From Alphaproteobacteria bacterium (GTDB lineage: Bacteria > Pseudomonadota > Alphaproteobacteria > Bin95), in assembly GCA_965205265.1 (NCBI GenBank), contig CBDBGH010000003.1, positions 2,112,001 through 2,176,000 of the forward strand: DNA of 64,000 bases. Direction: 5' to 3'. The notes under the pieces are model-generated. The model was not told where the DNA came from, made no database searches, and saw nothing but the letters and a program-made list of their open reading frames with translations. Position 1 is the first letter of the stretch. Every line of letters begins with the position of its first letter. The position numbers and the translations under genes are program-made. Shown here in pieces: positions 38,576 to 53,710 of the stretch.

Positions 38576-40491
38576 CCTGACTTCGACGGTTGGGCTGACT
38601 TCTGACCGATCTCGCGTCTGGAGTTTTCAGTAAAGCCAATGAGTTGGCAGTTGCGGTGCGGTCAAGCTGCGTTGTAGTGCCTAGTAAATCTTTGAGACTG
38701 TCAATGCCTCCGCCACGCGCTACACTCCCCCCATGTTCGTGCGCATCAAGACCTCCCCCAACAGCCCGCGACGCTCGGTCCAGATCGTCGAGGCCGTGCG
38801 CGACGGCGGCAAGGTCCGACAGCGCATCGTCCGCCATGTCGGCGTGGCCATGGACGAGGACGAGCTCGAGCGCCTGAGGCAGCTCGGCGAGTACGTCAAG
38901 GCGAAGCTGGAGGACGAGCGTCAGCCGGCATTGTTTGCGCCCGAGAAGATCGCTGAGCAGGCGATCCGTGTCGGCCGCCGGGGGGACGGCAAGGAGGAAC
39001 TCCCGGTCGACCTCAAGCAGCTTGAAGAGGAGCAGCGCCTGATCACAGGCATCCACGAGGTCTATGGCGAGATCTACCGGCTGCTGGGCCTCGACGCGCT
39101 GCTGCCGCGCTCGCGCTACCGGGCCTCCCATGACGCGCTGTTCCATGTGGTGATGGCGCGGGTAGCCAACCCCGACAGCAAGCGGGGCAGCGTGCGCCGG
39201 CTCGAGGAGGACTTCGGCGTGAGTCTTCCGCTCGAGAAGGTCTACCGGATGATGGATCAGCTCGACGCGACGGTGATCGAGCGACTGCGCACGCGCGTCG
39301 GCGAGGCGAGCCGGTCGCTGCTGCCGGAGCCGGTCGCGATCCTCTTCTTCGATTGCACCACGCTCTACTTCGAGACGGCCGCCGAGGACGAGCTTCGCCA
39401 GCACGGCTTCAGCAAGGACGGCAAACACAAGGACTCGCAGGTTCTGCTGGCGCTGATGGTGACGCGCGAAGGGCTGCCGATCAGCTACGAGGTCTTCCCC
39501 GGCGCCACCTACGAGGGACACAGCATGGTCCCGGTCCTGCAGGACATGCAGCGCCGCCACCAGGTGGAGCGCACGGTATGCGTGGCCGACCGGGGCATGC
39601 TGAGCGCCGACAACCTCGACGCCATGGACGCCATCGGCGGCGAGTATGTCGTCGGCGCGCGGCTGCGCAAGCTGCCGCTCGCGCTGCTGGGGCAGGTTCT
39701 CGACCCCGGGACCTATGCCCCGCTGGAGGGCTCACAGGACCGCCGGGTCGGCGAGTGGGAGTACAAGGGCCGTCGCCTGATCGTCGTCTTCTGCCCCCAG
39801 CGCGCACGCAAGGACGCGCACGAGCGCCGCCATCAGGTGGAACGCCTGCTCGACAGGCTGGCCCGCAGCGACAATCCCAGGGAACTGCTCTCCAATCACG
39901 GGGCGAAGCGCTTCATCGCCGTCGAGGGCGACGCACGGCTCACGGTGAACCCGGAGAAGATCGCCGAGGCCGCACGATGGGACGGGCTCACCGGCGTCAT
40001 CACCAATCTGCGCGACGCGCGCGTCACCGAAGTGATGGCTCACTACCAGGGGCTCTGGCAGGTCGAGGAGAGCTTCCGGATCACCAAACACGACCTGAAG
40101 ATACGTCCCATCTGGCACTGGAACCCGGACCGGATCCGCGCTCACATCGCCATCGCCTTCCTGGCCTTCGCCTGCGTTCGACACCTTGCGTACCGCGTCG
40201 CCATCCAGAAGCGGCGGATGTCCCCGGAGGTCATCCGCTCCGCCCTCGTCCACCGCCAGTGCTCCCTGCTGCGCTGTCGGCAATCGGGCAACCGCTACGT
40301 CATCCCCTCGAAGCCGACACCGGCGGCGGAGCAGATTTACGCAACCATGGGGCTGCCCCTGACGATCACCCCGTATCAACTCGCCTGACCGTCGACGAAG
40401 CACGGCTCGAAGAAATGCCGGATGTAGTGCCTAGCCGAAATGAGAACCAGGCAATATCAACTACTTATGCGAATCAACCGTCGAAGTCAGG
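38576..40491 (+). mobile_element. IS1634-family copy 3 (1916 bp), 14-bp flanking direct repeat
   Basis: Same TIRs; CGCTTGGATCTACT at 38562-38575 and 40492-40505. Confidence 0.93.
38733..40388 (+). CDS. IS1634-family DDE transposase
   Basis: Translation identical to 9163-10818. Confidence 0.92.
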   Translation: MFVRIKTSPNSPRRSVQIVEAVRDGGKVRQRIVRHVGVAMDEDELERLRQLGEYVKAKLEDERQPALFAPEKIAEQAIRVGRRGDGKEELPVDLKQLEEEQRLITGIHEVYGEIYRLLGLDALLPRSRYRASHDALFHVVMARVANPDSKRGSVRRLEEDFGVSLPLEKVYRMMDQLDATVIERLRTRVGEASRSLLPEPVAILFFDCTTLYFETAAEDELRQHGFSKDGKHKDSQVLLALMVTREGLPISYEVFPGATYEGHSMVPVLQDMQRRHQVERTVCVADRGMLSADNLDAMDAIGGEYVVGARLRKLPLALLGQVLDPGTYAPLEGSQDRRVGEWEYKGRRLIVVFCPQRARKDAHERRHQVERLLDRLARSDNPRELLSNHGAKRFIAVEGDARLTVNPEKIAEAARWDGLTGVITNLRDARVTEVMAHYQGLWQVEESFRITKHDLKIRPIWHWNPDRIRAHIAIAFLAFACVRHLAYRVAIQKRRMSPEVIRSALVHRQCSLLRCRQSGNRYVIPSKPTPAAEQIYATMGLPLTITPYQLA

Positions 40492-40911
40492 CGCTTGGAT
40501 CTACTGTAATAGTCCTTAACTGTCCTGTATCCAGTCCCGTTTGGTTTTCCATGTGCAATTTGATCCCGTAAGGTCTTCAGGCTGTCAATCGCCGATATAT
40601 TCTCAATAGCAGTATTTGCCTCAATGGTGGGCCACCAATCTTTGTCAAAATCCCGCAATACCCTTTCGATTTTTTCGCAGTTCAGTGAATTATTTCTACC
40701 TACCGACTTTTCTACAAATCGTGCCATCCTTAGATTTCCACGAGTTCGCCCGTATTCCGAAAGGATAGCCGCGACGCTATCTTCAACATATCCTGCTCCT
40801 GCCAATACGATATGATTAGCAAACACGTTTTGAATTATTGGCTCAACCTCGTCAATAGTTGTATCCAAGGTTAAAAGCAACGCATCTATCCGATTCTCAT
40901 TTTGAGTTACT

Positions 40912-41982
40912 CTAAGCGGCAGCATTTATCTGACTTATTGCCATTGCAATCCGGCCATGGACGTTCGCCTCATCCGAGGTCGCATCGCTACTCATACGCA
41001 TGAAATTATCATCCGATATCAACATCTCATACGCAGATCTCACACCTTCAATACTTACCTCGGGAGACTCCAGAATTGCCACCATTATAGCGTCGTAAAC
41101 TGCTACATTCATGGCTCTTTGTGGTCTAAACGCTCGACTCCCAAGGGCCTCATGTACGCGACCAATTGTATTAACAAATTGCTTGGCGAGTGTATTAGCA
41201 ACCTCTTCCTGCAGAAATCGATGTTTCTTCATGTAATCATTCAGAAACGCTTTCATTGGCTTTTCGTACGTGTTACGATTGTTGGCTAATGCTAAAAAAC
41301 GCAAAATAAGTTCTTGGTCCTTTGCACGCCTATGTTTCGATCCAAAAATTTCCCGCCAATTGGATTCTTCGTTGAGCGTACCAAGTAATGATTGAAATGG
41401 CCCGTTATAAATCGCAGCACGTATCTCTTGTGGCTGGAGTGGTGTTCCATTTGAATTCAATCGATCAAAGATGTAAAAAACGGAGCTGTTATTGTCATCT
41501 GGTGCTGTCTGTTGAATTATCATTGCATGTATTACTGCATCTTCAAATCGACGGTAATCTTCTTCCTCAAGATCATCAATTGTACGCCCCTCAAATCGGG
41601 ACTTCACGTCTTTCAAACGAAACACTCGGTCGTTATGCTGGAATCTTCCTTTGTGGAAGGCATGAAGAGTGGAAAGTCGTTGGAGTCCATCTACAATAAG
41701 ATGTTTCTGAGTACTGTCCTCCCGATAAAGGAATATGCTTGGAATCGGAAGTCCAAGAAGAATCGATTCGATAAATTTTGATGCTTGAGGCAAAGTCCAA
41801 ACGAAATTCCGTTGAAATTCTGGTCGAAAAATATCTCCTCTATCAAAACGTTTTACGAGACCATCTACAGTGTAATCAGCACCAAATGTATTTATCTGAT
41901 AGACAATATCCTCGTCTTGGAGCTCTTCGTCAACGTCTTCGATCAACTGTTCATTCTCGACATTATTGTCTTCTTCGTGCAT
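40912..41982 (-). CDS. DUF262 (ParB/GmrS-like) domain protein
   Basis: RPEFQRNFVW, IESILLGLPIP, IVDGLQRLST, FDRLNSNG; AT-rich. Confidence 0.9.
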   Translation of the reverse strand: MHEEDNNVENEQLIEDVDEELQDEDIVYQINTFGADYTVDGLVKRFDRGDIFRPEFQRNFVWTLPQASKFIESILLGLPIPSIFLYREDSTQKHLIVDGLQRLSTLHAFHKGRFQHNDRVFRLKDVKSRFEGRTIDDLEEEDYRRFEDAVIHAMIIQQTAPDDNNSSVFYIFDRLNSNGTPLQPQEIRAAIYNGPFQSLLGTLNEESNWREIFGSKHRRAKDQELILRFLALANNRNTYEKPMKAFLNDYMKKHRFLQEEVANTLAKQFVNTIGRVHEALGSRAFRPQRAMNVAVYDAIMVAILESPEVSIEGVRSAYEMLISDDNFMRMSSDATSDEANVHGRIAMAISQINAAA

Positions 41983-42198
41983 GGGTCTGCTCTACCAGTT
42001 AGCGAAAAGTTGGAGAAAAGCGCAAATCAACACGAGGTGCTAGAAGACGGTAGCTTGGTACGTTGACGCGAGTACCCATTCTATCATACTCTTCGAAAGA
42101 GTTGATCATGATCGATTCGCCGACTGTGCCCTGTATCGGGCGACTGCATCCTTATAACCTTAGGCGCGACGAGCCGCAATAGGCCGTGCATCCGCCCC

Positions 42199-44849
<2,651 letters not shown>

Positions 44850-44853
<4 letters not shown>

Positions 44854-45902
44854 GCCGCAAGGACGAAGGGTTCGAGCCCTGCAAGGCGCATGCGCCGCTC
44901 TATCCGGGGCGGCTTGCGCGGCGTCACACCGGCGACCGCGTCCGCGACAGCCTCGATATGCGCGGGCGTGGTGCCACAGCAGCCGCCGACCAGGTTCACC
45001 AGCCCGTCCCGCGCCCAGGCGCCCAGATGGGCCGCGGTCGTCTCCGGCGTCTCGTCATAGCCGCCGAAGGCGTTGGGCAGGCCGGCATTGGGATAAGCGG
45101 AGATCAGCGTGTCCGCGACGCGCGCCATATCGGCGAGGAAACCGCGCATCTGCTCCGCGCCGAGCGCGCAGTTGAGGCCGGCGGCGAAGGGCCGCGCATG
45201 GCGCACGGAATACCAGAAGGCCTCCGGCGTCTGCCCGGAGAGCGTGCGGCCCGAAAGGTCCACTACCGTGCCGGAAACGATCACCGGCAGGCGGCGGCCG
45301 CGCGCCTCGAACACTTCCTCCACGGCATAGAGCGCAGCCTTGGCGTTCAGCGTGTCGAACACCGTCTCGATGACGATGAGGTCAGCGCCTCCGTCCATCA
45401 GGCCCTCGGCGTTCTCCCGGTAGGCGGCGCGGAGCGTGTCGAAATCGGCGTTGCGCGCCGCCGGGTCTTCGACATCGGGGGAGATGGAGGCTGTGCGGTT
45501 GGTCGGCCCGATAGCGCCCGCAACCCAGCGCGGCCTCCCGTCCCGGCGCCCGTCCACGGCGGCGCGGGCGATCCGAGCCGACGCCTCGGCGACCTCGCGG
45601 GCGAGGCCTTCCATGCCGTAATCGGCAAGGCTTATCCGGTTGGCGTTGAAGCTGTTGGTCTCGATTATGTCCGCGCCGGCGTCGAGGAAGATGTTGTGGA
45701 TGTCGGCGATGGCGTCCGGCAGTGTCAGGCTCAACAGGTCGTTATTGCCCTTCACGTCCTGCGGCCAGTCGGCGAAGCGCGCGCCGCGGAAGTCGGCCTC
45801 CTCCAGGCCGAGCTGCTGGATCATGGTGCCCATCGCGCCGTCCAGCACGAGGATGCGTTCCGCGGCCGCTGCTTCCAGCGCCGCTCCCCTGTCTTCCGCC
45901 AT
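44850..45902 (-). CDS. Methionine synthase homocysteine-binding (S-methyltransferase) subunit
   Basis: [25 protein letters not shown]; ATGA-coupled to metH. Confidence 0.93.
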
Positions 45903-46021
45903 AGCCTCCAAAGCCGCTTTCGGGCCGATCTCGAACCGCCCGGAGGTATAGCCGCTTCCTCCGCAGGCGCAAGCGGAGGGCAGATGCCGGCGGGCGGGAA
46001 ACATGCTAAGCGGCCCGGACC

Positions 46022-46546
46022 ATGGATATTCTCGCCGTCCTTGTCCGCGCCGCCTTCCGGCTCCTCAGGCAGCAGCGCCGGCGACAGCCCGGCCGCGCGC
46101 GGCATACGCCCGCACCCGAGGTCGGAGGCATCATCGCCGGCAAGGCCTGGGTGACGGATGGCGACGGGCTCCGGGTCTCCGGCCACAGGGTCCGCTTCTC
46201 CGGCCTCGACGCCCCGGAACTGGACCAGTGGGCGAAACACCGCGACGGCACTTGGTTCAAGCACGGCAAACGGGTCAAACGCGCGCTCATCCGCGCCGTG
46301 GGCGGCCGGCATGTCGAGGTATCCGTGGAAGGGATCGACCGGCATGGCCGCTTGCTGGGCTGCGTGACCTGCGACGGCAAGGATGTAGGCGCCTGGCTCG
46401 TCCGCAACGGCCACGCCATCGCCGCCTATGGAGATCGCTACAAGGGAGTCGAGCAGGAAGCCCGCCGGGAAGGGCGCGGCCTCTGGGGCCACGATGTCGC
46501 CTTCGACCCGCGATACTGGCGGCACAGGCAGGCGGGGCGGAGGTAA
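46022..46546 (+). CDS. Thermonuclease (SNase) family protein
   Basis: [26 protein letters not shown]. Confidence 0.88.
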   Translation: MDILAVLVRAAFRLLRQQRRRQPGRARHTPAPEVGGIIAGKAWVTDGDGLRVSGHRVRFSGLDAPELDQWAKHRDGTWFKHGKRVKRALIRAVGGRHVEVSVEGIDRHGRLLGCVTCDGKDVGAWLVRNGHAIAAYGDRYKGVEQEARREGRGLWGHDVAFDPRYWRHRQAGRR

Positions 46547-46604
46547 AGCCGCCGCGCGCCGGCTTGCGATGCGGGCCCGGCTGCCGGGCCCGCTCGACGT
46601 TGCG

Positions 46605-47087
46605 TCAGCCGCCCGCCTTCCTCCGCGACTCATATAGGTCGATCAGCTTCAGCACGTCGGCGGCGTCCATGCGGCCTAGCGGGCCGTCGCTGTAGCTGGA
46701 CGCTTCAACTGTGCCATTCCCGTCGAGGATGAACTCGGAGGGCTGGACGATGCCGCGGCGCTCCTCCCACCACGCGCCGACCCGCTCCCCGTCCGCGCGC
46801 GTCATGCCGTATGCGAAGGGGAAGCTCTTGCCGTCCGCCAGTTTGCGGGCGTTGTCCTCATCGTCCACGCTGCCGGCGAGGATGGAGACGCCGCGCGCCT
46901 CGAACTCCGGCCACAATTCCTGGAAACCGTCCAACTGACGGCGGCAATAAGGTCACCAGTGGCCGCGGTAGAACAGCACCACCTTCCAGGCGCCCGGTAT
47001 GTCGGCGGGCACTTCCGCCGGCCCCCGGTCCAGCAGGTTCAGCGAAAGGGCCGGAAATGCGGCGCCGATCCCCAGCTTCTCACCCAT
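46605..47087 (-). CDS. Peroxiredoxin-like (AhpC/TSA/redoxin) selenoprotein, UGA at codon 45
   Basis: RBS plus ATG at 47087; FYRGHW-TGA-PYC (UxxC); TGA at 46953-46955; downstream hairpin GCCGUC-AGUUG-GACGGU. Confidence 0.85.
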
Positions 47088-47154
47088 CGGTTGTCCCCCT
47101 CTCTATATCCGACGCCGCCATCCTGACACGCACGCGGCAGCGGGGCAATCGCCG

Positions 47155-47685
47155 CTACCCGGCCGCGTCGCAGGTCCTCGTCGGCAGGCCGGGCCCGCCG
47201 GTGCGGGCGCTGCGGCGTTCGAACAGCAGCACGTCGTGCCAGACGCCGTCCAGATGCCCGTAGCGCTCCCGGCAGCCGACCTCGCGGAAGCCGCATTTCC
47301 GGTGGAGCGCGATGCTGGGCTCGTTGGCGACCATGATCTGCGCCTGGAGCGTCCAATAGCCTTCCGCCTCGGAGGCCGCGATCAGGCCTTCCAGCAGGGC
47401 AGTTCCGGTCCCCGACCCTTGCGCGCTTTCGCCGACATAGACGCTGACCTCAGCGACACCGGCAGCGCCTCAGGTGTCGGGCGCGGGCGTCAGCGCCGCC
47501 CAGCCGACCGCGCGGCCGTCATCGCCGCGCACGACCAGCCTGCCGATAGCCAGATGGCCCTTGTTCCACGCCTTCCAGCTCGGCGGGTTCTTCATGAAAG
47601 CGGCGATGCCCGTCCTCAGGCCCGTGCGGTAGATGGCGCGGACCTCGGGCCAGTCGCTGTCCCGCATCGCGTCGATGACGATCAT
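47155..47685 (-). CDS. GNAT (phosphinothricin/MddA-like) N-acetyltransferase with in-frame UGA at codon 72, probable selenoprotein
   Basis: GWAALTPAPDT-TGA-GAAGVAEVSVYV...QGSGTG...NEPSIALHRKCGFREVG; TGA at 47470-47472; hairpin CGCUG-AGGU-CAGCG. Confidence 0.75.
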
Positions 47686-47790
47686 CGGCCGGGTTCCATC
47701 TGTTCCTTCTGCGGCATTGCCGGCAATTCTGTGCGCCCGCCGGTCCGGCCGGTCAAGAGGCTGTATTGGCTCTTGACTCGGCCGTGATTA

Positions 47791-47805
47791 GAACAAATAT
47801 TGAAC
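47791..47805 (+). promoter_or_regulatory. Alphaproteobacterial LexA box
   Basis: GAAC-AAATATT-GAAC upstream of imuA, overlapping a candidate -10 (TTGACT at 47773). Confidence 0.88.
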
Positions 47806-47807
47806 TA

Positions 47808-48635
47808 ATGTTGCCTATATGCCCCCGAAAGAACCCCGCCGGCCTTGCCGTGCTGCGCCGGCGGATCGCGCTGCTGGAGCGCCGGACGGCGGTTGCGGAG
47901 CCGGTGGGAGGCGGGGCGGCGGAAGCCTGGCAGCTCGGCCCGGACGCCCTGGATGCGGCCCTGCCGGAAGGCGGGCTGGCGCCGGGCGGGCTGCACGAGG
48001 CGGCGGGCGCGGCGGCGGGGGACGGGCCGGCGGCCGGCGCCTTCCTCGCCGCCCTGCTCGCCCGGCTCCGGCGCCGGGACGAACGGCGCGCCGTGCTGGT
48101 CTGCCAGAGCCGGATGAGTCCCTTCGGCCGGCTTTACGGGCCGGGCTGGCGGGACCTCGGCCTCGAACCGGCTGACCTGCTGCTGCTCTCCGCCCGCCGC
48201 GACCGGGATGTCGCCTGGGCGATGGAGGAGGGATTGCGCAGCGCTTCCCTGGCAGCGGTGCTGGGCGAGGTCGAAAGCCTCGATTTCACCCTGAGCCGCC
48301 GGCTCGCGCTCGCCGCCCGCGAGAGCCTGACTCCCGCCCTGCTACTGCGCCGCGACGGCCTCGCGCCCGCAAGCGCCGCCTTCTCGCGCTGGCGGGTCGC
48401 GGCGCTGCCCCCGGATCGGGGTACGGGGCGGGCCGATCCATTCGACGCGGCCGCGCCCGGCCTGCCGCGCTGGCGTCTGGAACTGCTGCGCTGCCGGGGC
48501 GGGCGGCCTGCAACATGCGATGTGGAATGGAACCATGAGACGGCTGATTTCGGTGTGGCTGCCGCGCTGGCCGATCGACCGGCTGCGCCGCGCGCGGCGG
48601 CCCGCCGCCCTGCCCTCGCGCGCGCCGCCGGCTGA
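47808..48635 (+). CDS. imuA: ImuA (RecA/SulA-like) mutasome protein
   Basis: LDAALPEGGL..GGLHE, WAMEEGLR, SRRLALAA, WRLELLRCRGG; start uncertain. Confidence 0.88.
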   Translation: MLPICPRKNPAGLAVLRRRIALLERRTAVAEPVGGGAAEAWQLGPDALDAALPEGGLAPGGLHEAAGAAAGDGPAAGAFLAALLARLRRRDERRAVLVCQSRMSPFGRLYGPGWRDLGLEPADLLLLSARRDRDVAWAMEEGLRSASLAAVLGEVESLDFTLSRRLALAARESLTPALLLRRDGLAPASAAFSRWRVAALPPDRGTGRADPFDAAAPGLPRWRLELLRCRGGRPATCDVEWNHETADFGVAAALADRPAAPRAAARRPALARAAG

Positions 48636-50087
48636 GCCGGTGCCGTTCGCGCTCACCGCGCCCGGCCGCCACGGCGCGGTGCTGGCGGCGGTCAACCGGC
48701 AGGCTGAGGCCGAGGGGCTCGCGCCCGGCATGCGGCTTGCCGACGCCCGCGCCCTGCTGCCCCGCCTCGCCGCCGCCGAAGCCCGGTCGGCGGAGGACCG
48801 GCGCGGGCTCGAACGCCTCGCGCTCTGGTGCAACCGCTTCACCCCCTGCTGCGCGGTGGACGGCGCGGACGGCCTGATGCTCGACATTGCGGGCGCCGAC
48901 CATCTCTTCGGCGGCGAGACGGCGATGACGGCGGAGGTCGAGGCGCGCATCGTCGGCCTCGGCTTCGAAGCGTGGACCGGCCTTGCCGACACGCCGGGAG
49001 CCGCCTGGGCGCTCGCCCGCTTTGGCCGGGAAGGCAGCCGCATTGCCGCGCCCGGCGCCGCCCTTGCCGCGCTCAAGGCGCTGCCGGTCGAGGCGCTCCG
49101 GATCGCGCCGGAGGACGCCCGCCTGCTGCGCCGCCTCGGCCTCAAGACCGTCGGCGCGGTGGAGGTCCTGCCGCGCGCGGCCCTCGCGCGCCGGTTCCCC
49201 CGTGGGAAGTCGAGCGACACCGTTCTGGAACGCCTCGACCGCGCGCTCGGCCGCCGCCCCGATCCGGTCGCGTCCCTGCCGCCGCCGCCCGCCTGCCTCG
49301 CGCGCCTTGCCTTCCCGGAACCGCTGATCGACCTTGCCGGGCTGGAGTCGGCGCTCGCCCGGCTCGTGGAAGACCTTTCCGCCTCGCTGGAGCGGGACGG
49401 GCTCGGCGCGCGGGAACTCGCGCTGCTGTTCTGCCGGGTGGATGGCGACGCAGCGGAGCGCGGCGTTTCGACCGCGCGCGCCACTCGCGACGGGGCGCAT
49501 CTCCAGCGCCTCTTCACCGGGAAGATCGAGACCGTGGACCCCGGCTTCGGGATCGACGCGATGGCGCTCCATGCCGTCCGCGCCGAGCCTCTTGCGCCCG
49601 AACAATTCCGGCTGGCGGAAGGCGGGCGCGGCAGCGGCGAGCTCGGCCTGCTGATCGACCGCTTGCAGGCCCGCCTGGGCGAAGGGGCGGTCTCCCGCCT
49701 CGCGCCGGTCGCAAGCCACCTGCCGGAACGCGCCGAACGGCGGATGGCGCCCGGCCGGGGAGGTGCGGCCTGGCCCGTGCGGCCGGGCCTGCCGCAACGC
49801 CCCTTCCGCCTGTTCGACCGGCCCGAACCGGTAGAGGCCGTGGCCGAGGTGCCGGACGGGCCGCCGGCGTTGTTCGCCTGGCGCCGGCTCCGCCGCCGCA
49901 TCGCCCACGCCGAAGGTCCCGAGCGCATCGAGCCGGAATGGTGGGCCGGCGGCCCGGAGGATACGCCGCGCGACTATTTCCGCGCCGAGGACACGGAAGG
50001 CCGGCGCTACTGGCTCTTCCGCGCCGGGCTCTACCGGGACGCCGGCAGCAAGGGGCCACCCCGCTGGTATATCCACGGACTCTACGG

Positions 50088-50091
<4 letters not shown>
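48535..50091 (+). CDS. imuB: ImuB Y-family polymerase-like protein
   Basis: GMRLADARA, DHLFGGE, GPERIEPEWW, RDYF, WYIHGLYG. Confidence 0.92.
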
Positions 50092-53312
<3,221 letters not shown>

Positions 53313-53395
53313 GGCGGGCTGACGAAACCGCGTATGGCGGCGGAACCAACGATATGCGAGACTGTCCGGAGCCGGAGAGGAGAAAGCACGAAGCC

Positions 53396-53620
53396 ATGAC
53401 CCCGGAGATCATCGCAACGCTGGTCGCCGCCGTCGGCATGGTTGCGGCCCTTGGCGGACTGACGGTCAGCCTCTTTCTCTGGCTGCGCTCTGACATAAAG
53501 TCGATTGAGACGAGAGTAACCGACCTCGGTGAACGAATGGCGCGGGTCGAAGGTAAGCTCGAATTCCTCGAGCACTATATCACCCGGCAGAACGAGCCGC
53601 CGCCGGCACCGGCCGAATAG
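53396..53620 (+). CDS. Small membrane-anchored coiled-coil protein
   Basis: N-terminal hydrophobic helix followed by the heptad-like run IKSIETRVTDLGERMARVEGKL; AGGAG upstream. Confidence 0.7.
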   Translation: MTPEIIATLVAAVGMVAALGGLTVSLFLWLRSDIKSIETRVTDLGERMARVEGKLEFLEHYITRQNEPPPAPAE

Positions 53621-53710
53621 AGCATCAGTCCGGCTGCGAATTCCCCTGCCGCCCGAAACCGCCTACGCTCCCGCTTCCGGAATATGGCAGGGACGGAAGG
53701 AAGCGGCGCG

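Larger units (their letters stand above)
38525..40925 (-). pseudogene. HEPN-domain putative RNase, 3' end clipped by IS1634 copy 3
   Basis: GYVE and R-DQIA-H (Rx4H) motifs; native tail FIIDFSEVIFS* resumes beyond the IS and ends at 38525. Confidence 0.75.

Noticed and set aside
46605-47685. Alternative genetic code (TGA = Trp/Gly) as the explanation for the in-frame TGAs
   Set aside because: Many genes in the window end at TGA at their expected C-termini, including ATGA overlaps, so TGA is a normal stop here
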